From positions 310,001-374,000 of the forward strand of contig NW_026515668.1 of NCBI RefSeq assembly GCF_025526975.1: 64,000 bases of DNA, in the 5' to 3' direction. The stretch's first letter is position 1, and each line of letters starts with the position of its first letter. Position numbers and translations under genes: made by a program. Shown one piece after another: positions 58,199 through 64,000 of the stretch. Below the pieces are notes generated by a model. The model saw only the letters and a program-made list of their open reading frames with translations, was not told where the DNA came from and made no database searches. This stretch comes from Fimicolochytrium jonesii (Eukaryota).

Positions 58199-58990
58199 CA
58201 CTGGAAGAATCCCAAGCATCAGATGTTCGGTCGCGGAAAGATTAAATGGCACAGTTTCTCGTGTGCAAAGAGCCGGACGGATGGGTAATCGATGTCAACC
58301 TGCAAATTCCAGCCTCCGCCCGACTAATTCCCAAGCCTCTGTCGCGGAGCCAGTCGACACGGTTTTTATCCATGGTACGACGTACCATTGTTTCGCGGGT
58401 CGGTCTGAGATCACTCAACGGAGAAACCGTGACTTGGGAGACGCATATGGGAATGTTTGGGCAGGTGCGGAGGAAAGGGTCGAGTGGAAGGAAGTTCCGA
58501 GAACCTTCATATCCCTGCAATTCTCCGACGGGTTCTGAGTCCAAGCCTTCCAGAAAGCAAATCGGGAGGCAGGGCTGGGAAGCCGTATCCTGACGAGATA
58601 TATTATGTTCCTCCAGCCAGCGTTCAATATCATTAGATGGAGACCTTTCCCCTTCGCATCACAGCATCCACCCAATACTCTGAACATGATGGATGTGTAA
58701 TTGGGAAATCCCTCTTTCCTCATCATCACTCACGACAATGATTCTTTGGATAGCTATCTAGAGAAAAAATCACTTGTTTGTGATTTTACCACCGGCAACG
58801 GGATGGGATGCATGGGATGTGCGCGGGGGAGCGGAATCGGGAGCGTCACGCGTTCCCGTCAATAATGTCAAAAAGTGGTTTCACACATTTTCCAACCTCA
58901 GGCAGCTGGATGCAACCCGCTTGCAGACCACTACTATTAAAATGGAAAACCTTGGTGTGATCCATCTGAGCTAACACTGATTCTATTTTC

Positions 58991-61663
58991 ATGGACCTAC
59001 GAAGCGCAAATCAAATGCCTGCAGCGGCAGCTACGGACCTTCGTCTGTTCGCCCCACTCCCCGATGAGATCCTCCACCTCTCCGAATCCGAGACTGCTTG
59101 CCAATACTGTGGAATCTCGTATCTCCTACTGTCGAAATATGAGCGAATGTTAGAGCATGTAAGAGGCTTGGAAAAGCATTTGTCAGGGCTTCAGGTGGGT
59201 TCACTCCTTATATTCTGGGAGTTGATACCGTCTTCTGATGCCCGCATGTAATCAAGTAGGAGTACGCCAAAGAGCGACCGAAGATGCTGGAGGACCTCAA
59301 CCTGCTAAGAATGTCTGCAGGGGAGCTTCAAGGCAAAACTAAAGTGTTGGAGGGCGAGCTTGCAAGGACACGGCAGCAAGCCCGGGACTCATCCACGGAG
59401 TTGGAGGCCCTCCGCCAGAAATACGAGTCGGCATCTTTGGATTTGCGAGCGGCGTCCCAGAGGCATCAGGCGGAGAAAGATTACAATCGGACATATGTCA
59501 ACAGACTTGTGGGCTTGTTGACTGATATCCGGTCCGAGTTGCTCCAGCATAAACGCGGTGTTGTCGAAGCTAAGGCTGAGCTTCGAGACAGGTAAAAGGG
59601 AAAGATTGCCATAATGCATGATACACACCGTACTGATTTCATCTGCCCGGCTCAGTTACTCGAAGTTGATTCGTGACACGATTCCGGCCGTGCAGCACAT
59701 CATCTCCGAACAGGTATCGCAGTATGTTAACCGACAACGAGCAGAGGTGGAGCAACGGCTGCATCGGGAGTCGGAGAAGGAGCGCGACTCCTTAACCGAG
59801 CAGCTGAGATCTGCCAAAGAGCAACTGGATATAGCGTAGGACACGGTCAACAAGTCTTCAACCTGGATCGGCTGCTCATCGACTTCTTGTCGTATTAGAA
59901 ATGAACGGATATCCAAGCTGCAGCATGATCTCCAGCAGCATAAGATGGAATCGGAGGAACATGTCATTGCCCAAAAAAGTAAGAGTGGGTCGAGAGCGAT
60001 GATGAAGGCCAAAGCAAGTAAAGTGGATCTTACGCCGCTTAGACTACGCTCAGGGGCTGCAATCAACCTGTCTGAAACTGGACGACCAATTGCATGCTGC
60101 CAGAACGATGTTCACTGTGAGTAGAACATGTTCGCATTGGATGTGATGCTGGGTGACCCCTTCGTCGCTCATTTTGTTGCTCCAATCGCAGAACCTGACA
60201 CACGAGCGAGATAAGCTGGCCGTACGGCATCGCAACCTAGAAATGCGGATCATAGAAGAACGCCAAGCAAAGCATCAGAACTCCGCAGGGCTCCGAGACC
60301 AAATTGCGCTGTTGGAAGCCAAGCTCGAGCAGAAAACGGTGGGTTGGACAATAGCGGACCGATTGGAGAAGAGATAGCAAGGATGCTGATGATCTTGAGA
60401 TGGCAGAAGGAGCTAAGCGACATTTCCGAGAGACAGCAATCGGAGCGTCGCAACTCTCAAGATGGTGTCAATGCGTTGGCAAATGCGAACAGGGCGCTGG
60501 CTCAGAAAGACGTAAGAACAACATCATTCATCTCTCGTTTTGCCTCTTGCTAACACAGAATATAGGAGCAAATCCACTCCTTGGAAAGGGGCATACGAGA
60601 GCTCCACGGAGCAACGCAATCCATGCGGCTCGACCGGCAGAGGACGATCGAAGCGCACCAGAGTCGCATAAAACAGCTCCAAGACAAGTTTCTGGAGGAG
60701 ATCACTATAGCGGGGAAGCTAGAGGTGGGTCGCTGAATTGTCCGTGCGGGCTTCGGATGTGCCCGGGTACTGATTTGAATGCCCTTTTCCATTGTAGGCA
60801 GATAAGCGAGAAGCGGAATTGCGGAGGATCTTCGCTGTGGACAAGGACGATGCTCTGCAGTTTCAGAGAGACACAATAACAATGGCATGTTTCCTTGATG
60901 CGATGCGATTTACGCGGACAATAGCTAACGCCGCGGACTACAGGAGATGAACTCGCGCATAGACGAGCTCAATCGCCAAGTAGAAGCGCTCAAACAAGCG
61001 AAAGACCAAACGGACATGCGAGCACTCCGACAAGTACGCTCCGTGGAGGAAACCTGGGAAAGGAAGCACGCGGTGGCAATCGAACAGCTCAACAAGCTGA
61101 TAGCATCGAACGCCGCAGACTTTGCCCACTATCAGGCCCGCATCCGCGCACTCGAGGAGCAGCTTGCACAGGCCTCCACCACACAAAGAGTGTCTTCTGC
61201 AGGCCCGCCAGTTGATCCCGCACAAATCGCAGAACTGAAATCACTACTGACGAAAAGGGAAGCGGAGATCGGCTTTCTGAAGGATACTGTCCGTTTGGAA
61301 TGCGAAGAAAGGATGGGATTGGTGGCGGAGCTGGACCTCATCAAAAGACGGACGCCGGCCCCCGCCACCCTCTCTCGCAACCCGAGCCGAAACGGTGGCA
61401 TTCAGCAAAGTGATTCTACATCGGCCAGCCCGGTCTCCAGAACATCGTCAACAAAATCTATGCCGCAGATTCCGCCAGCGCGTGAGCCATTGGAGCCCGG
61501 TGAACAGACGTTTCACAACCTGATGAAGGCTGCTGCGGCTAAGAAAAACAAGATGCTGTCCGCTAGGTCAAATATGGAGCTCAATACCAAGGGCGGGATG
61601 GGACTGCCAAGGTCGTCGTCAACGAGATCAAGCTGGAGTACCGGGAGTGGACGCTTCAAATAA
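58991..61663 (+). CDS. LEKR1: LEKR1 (leucine-, glutamate- and lysine-rich 1) coiled-coil protein
   Basis: PLPDEI..LSESETACQYCGISYLLL N-terminal motif and LKDTVRLECEERMGL C-terminal motif; multi-exon with one probable GC-AG intron. Confidence 0.8.
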
Positions 61664-61842
61664 GGAGTTTATTCTCGCTTCTCGTACTCTGTACATACTG
61701 TAACTTTGGCCACATTCTTACAGGAGTAATTATTGAGGACGACGCTGTATATATGTGTTGGCGAGCCCGACACCACCCATCCTTGGGCTCAATGTCCTGC
61801 TGCTTGTGAATTTCTGAACTCTGATGCGTCTTCGAAAGTCAA

Positions 61843-61858
61843 CACGAAACTAACGCGT
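61843..61858 (+). promoter_or_regulatory. SCB (CACGAAA) plus MCB (ACGCGT) composite upstream of RVB1
   Basis: CACGAAA-CTA-ACGCGT about 125 nt before the ATG, followed by CACGTG. Confidence 0.45.
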
Positions 61859-61983
61859 CGAGATGGCACGTGACTTCAAATTCAAATCGCCTTCGTCCTG
61901 CTGCGCAGAACCCTCAGTAAATTGTCCAAGTCCAAAAGACCTCACCTTCACAGCAAGCTCCTACACCCCCCACACACGCCAAA

Positions 61984-63966
<1,983 letters not shown>

Positions 63967-64000
63967 ACTGATATCGAGGGTATCCGAGCCGGTTCAACCC

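Noticed and set aside
58783..58798. RFX X-box-like TTTACCACCGGCAAC upstream of LEKR1
   Set aside because: Mismatch in the left half-site and no equally good site seen at CFAP99, CEP43 or centrin.

Overview
Gene-dense (~56% GC), intron-rich eukaryotic DNA (short GT-AG introns with CTAAC-type branch points). It most likely comes from a flagellated (zoosporic/chytrid-type) fungus: a fungal Velvet regulator, a fungal ADAM and a Gyp2-type RabGAP occur with basal-body/cilium genes (CETN1/2-type centrin, CFAP99, CEP43/FOP) and with BZW/5MP and LEKR1. About 20 intact genes can be assembled by eye: a HAUS2-like protein (tentative), BZW, PP4 catalytic subunit, CtIP/Ctp1, DUF1771-Smr nuclease, Velvet, RPL11, centrin, a GPI-anchored PTD-repeat protein, MDR1/GYP2, a methyltransferase-like protein, a RING-H2 ligase, ADAM, GH5 mannanase, BSP peptidase, CFAP99, an ABHD/Eht1 hydrolase, CEP43, LEKR1 and RVB1. 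Accessory islands hold two decayed BTB genes (21-23 kb), a motif-rich non-coding island (33.2-37.9 kb), a Sailor-type (long-spacer IS630-Tc1-mariner) transposase with a mutated catalytic Glu (44.7-46.2 kb) and a CACTA/CMC-like transposase relic (57.7-58.2 kb). Most notable: (i) a GH5 enzyme whose catalytic barrel is split by a two-helix membrane hairpin; (ii) an Smr endonuclease with both an N-myristoylation motif and a CVIM CaaX box; (iii) a fixed-spacing ACGCGT-N3-TTTCGCG (MCB + SCB/E2F) motif arrayed four times and echoed in the RVB1 promoter; (iv) a poor-context AUG on BZW consistent with autoregulation; (v) GCGAGCGAAGCGAGC-rich inserts in two long introns; (vi) block-wise C-rich to G-rich switches inside exons. 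All calls are from reading the sequence; no searches were run.
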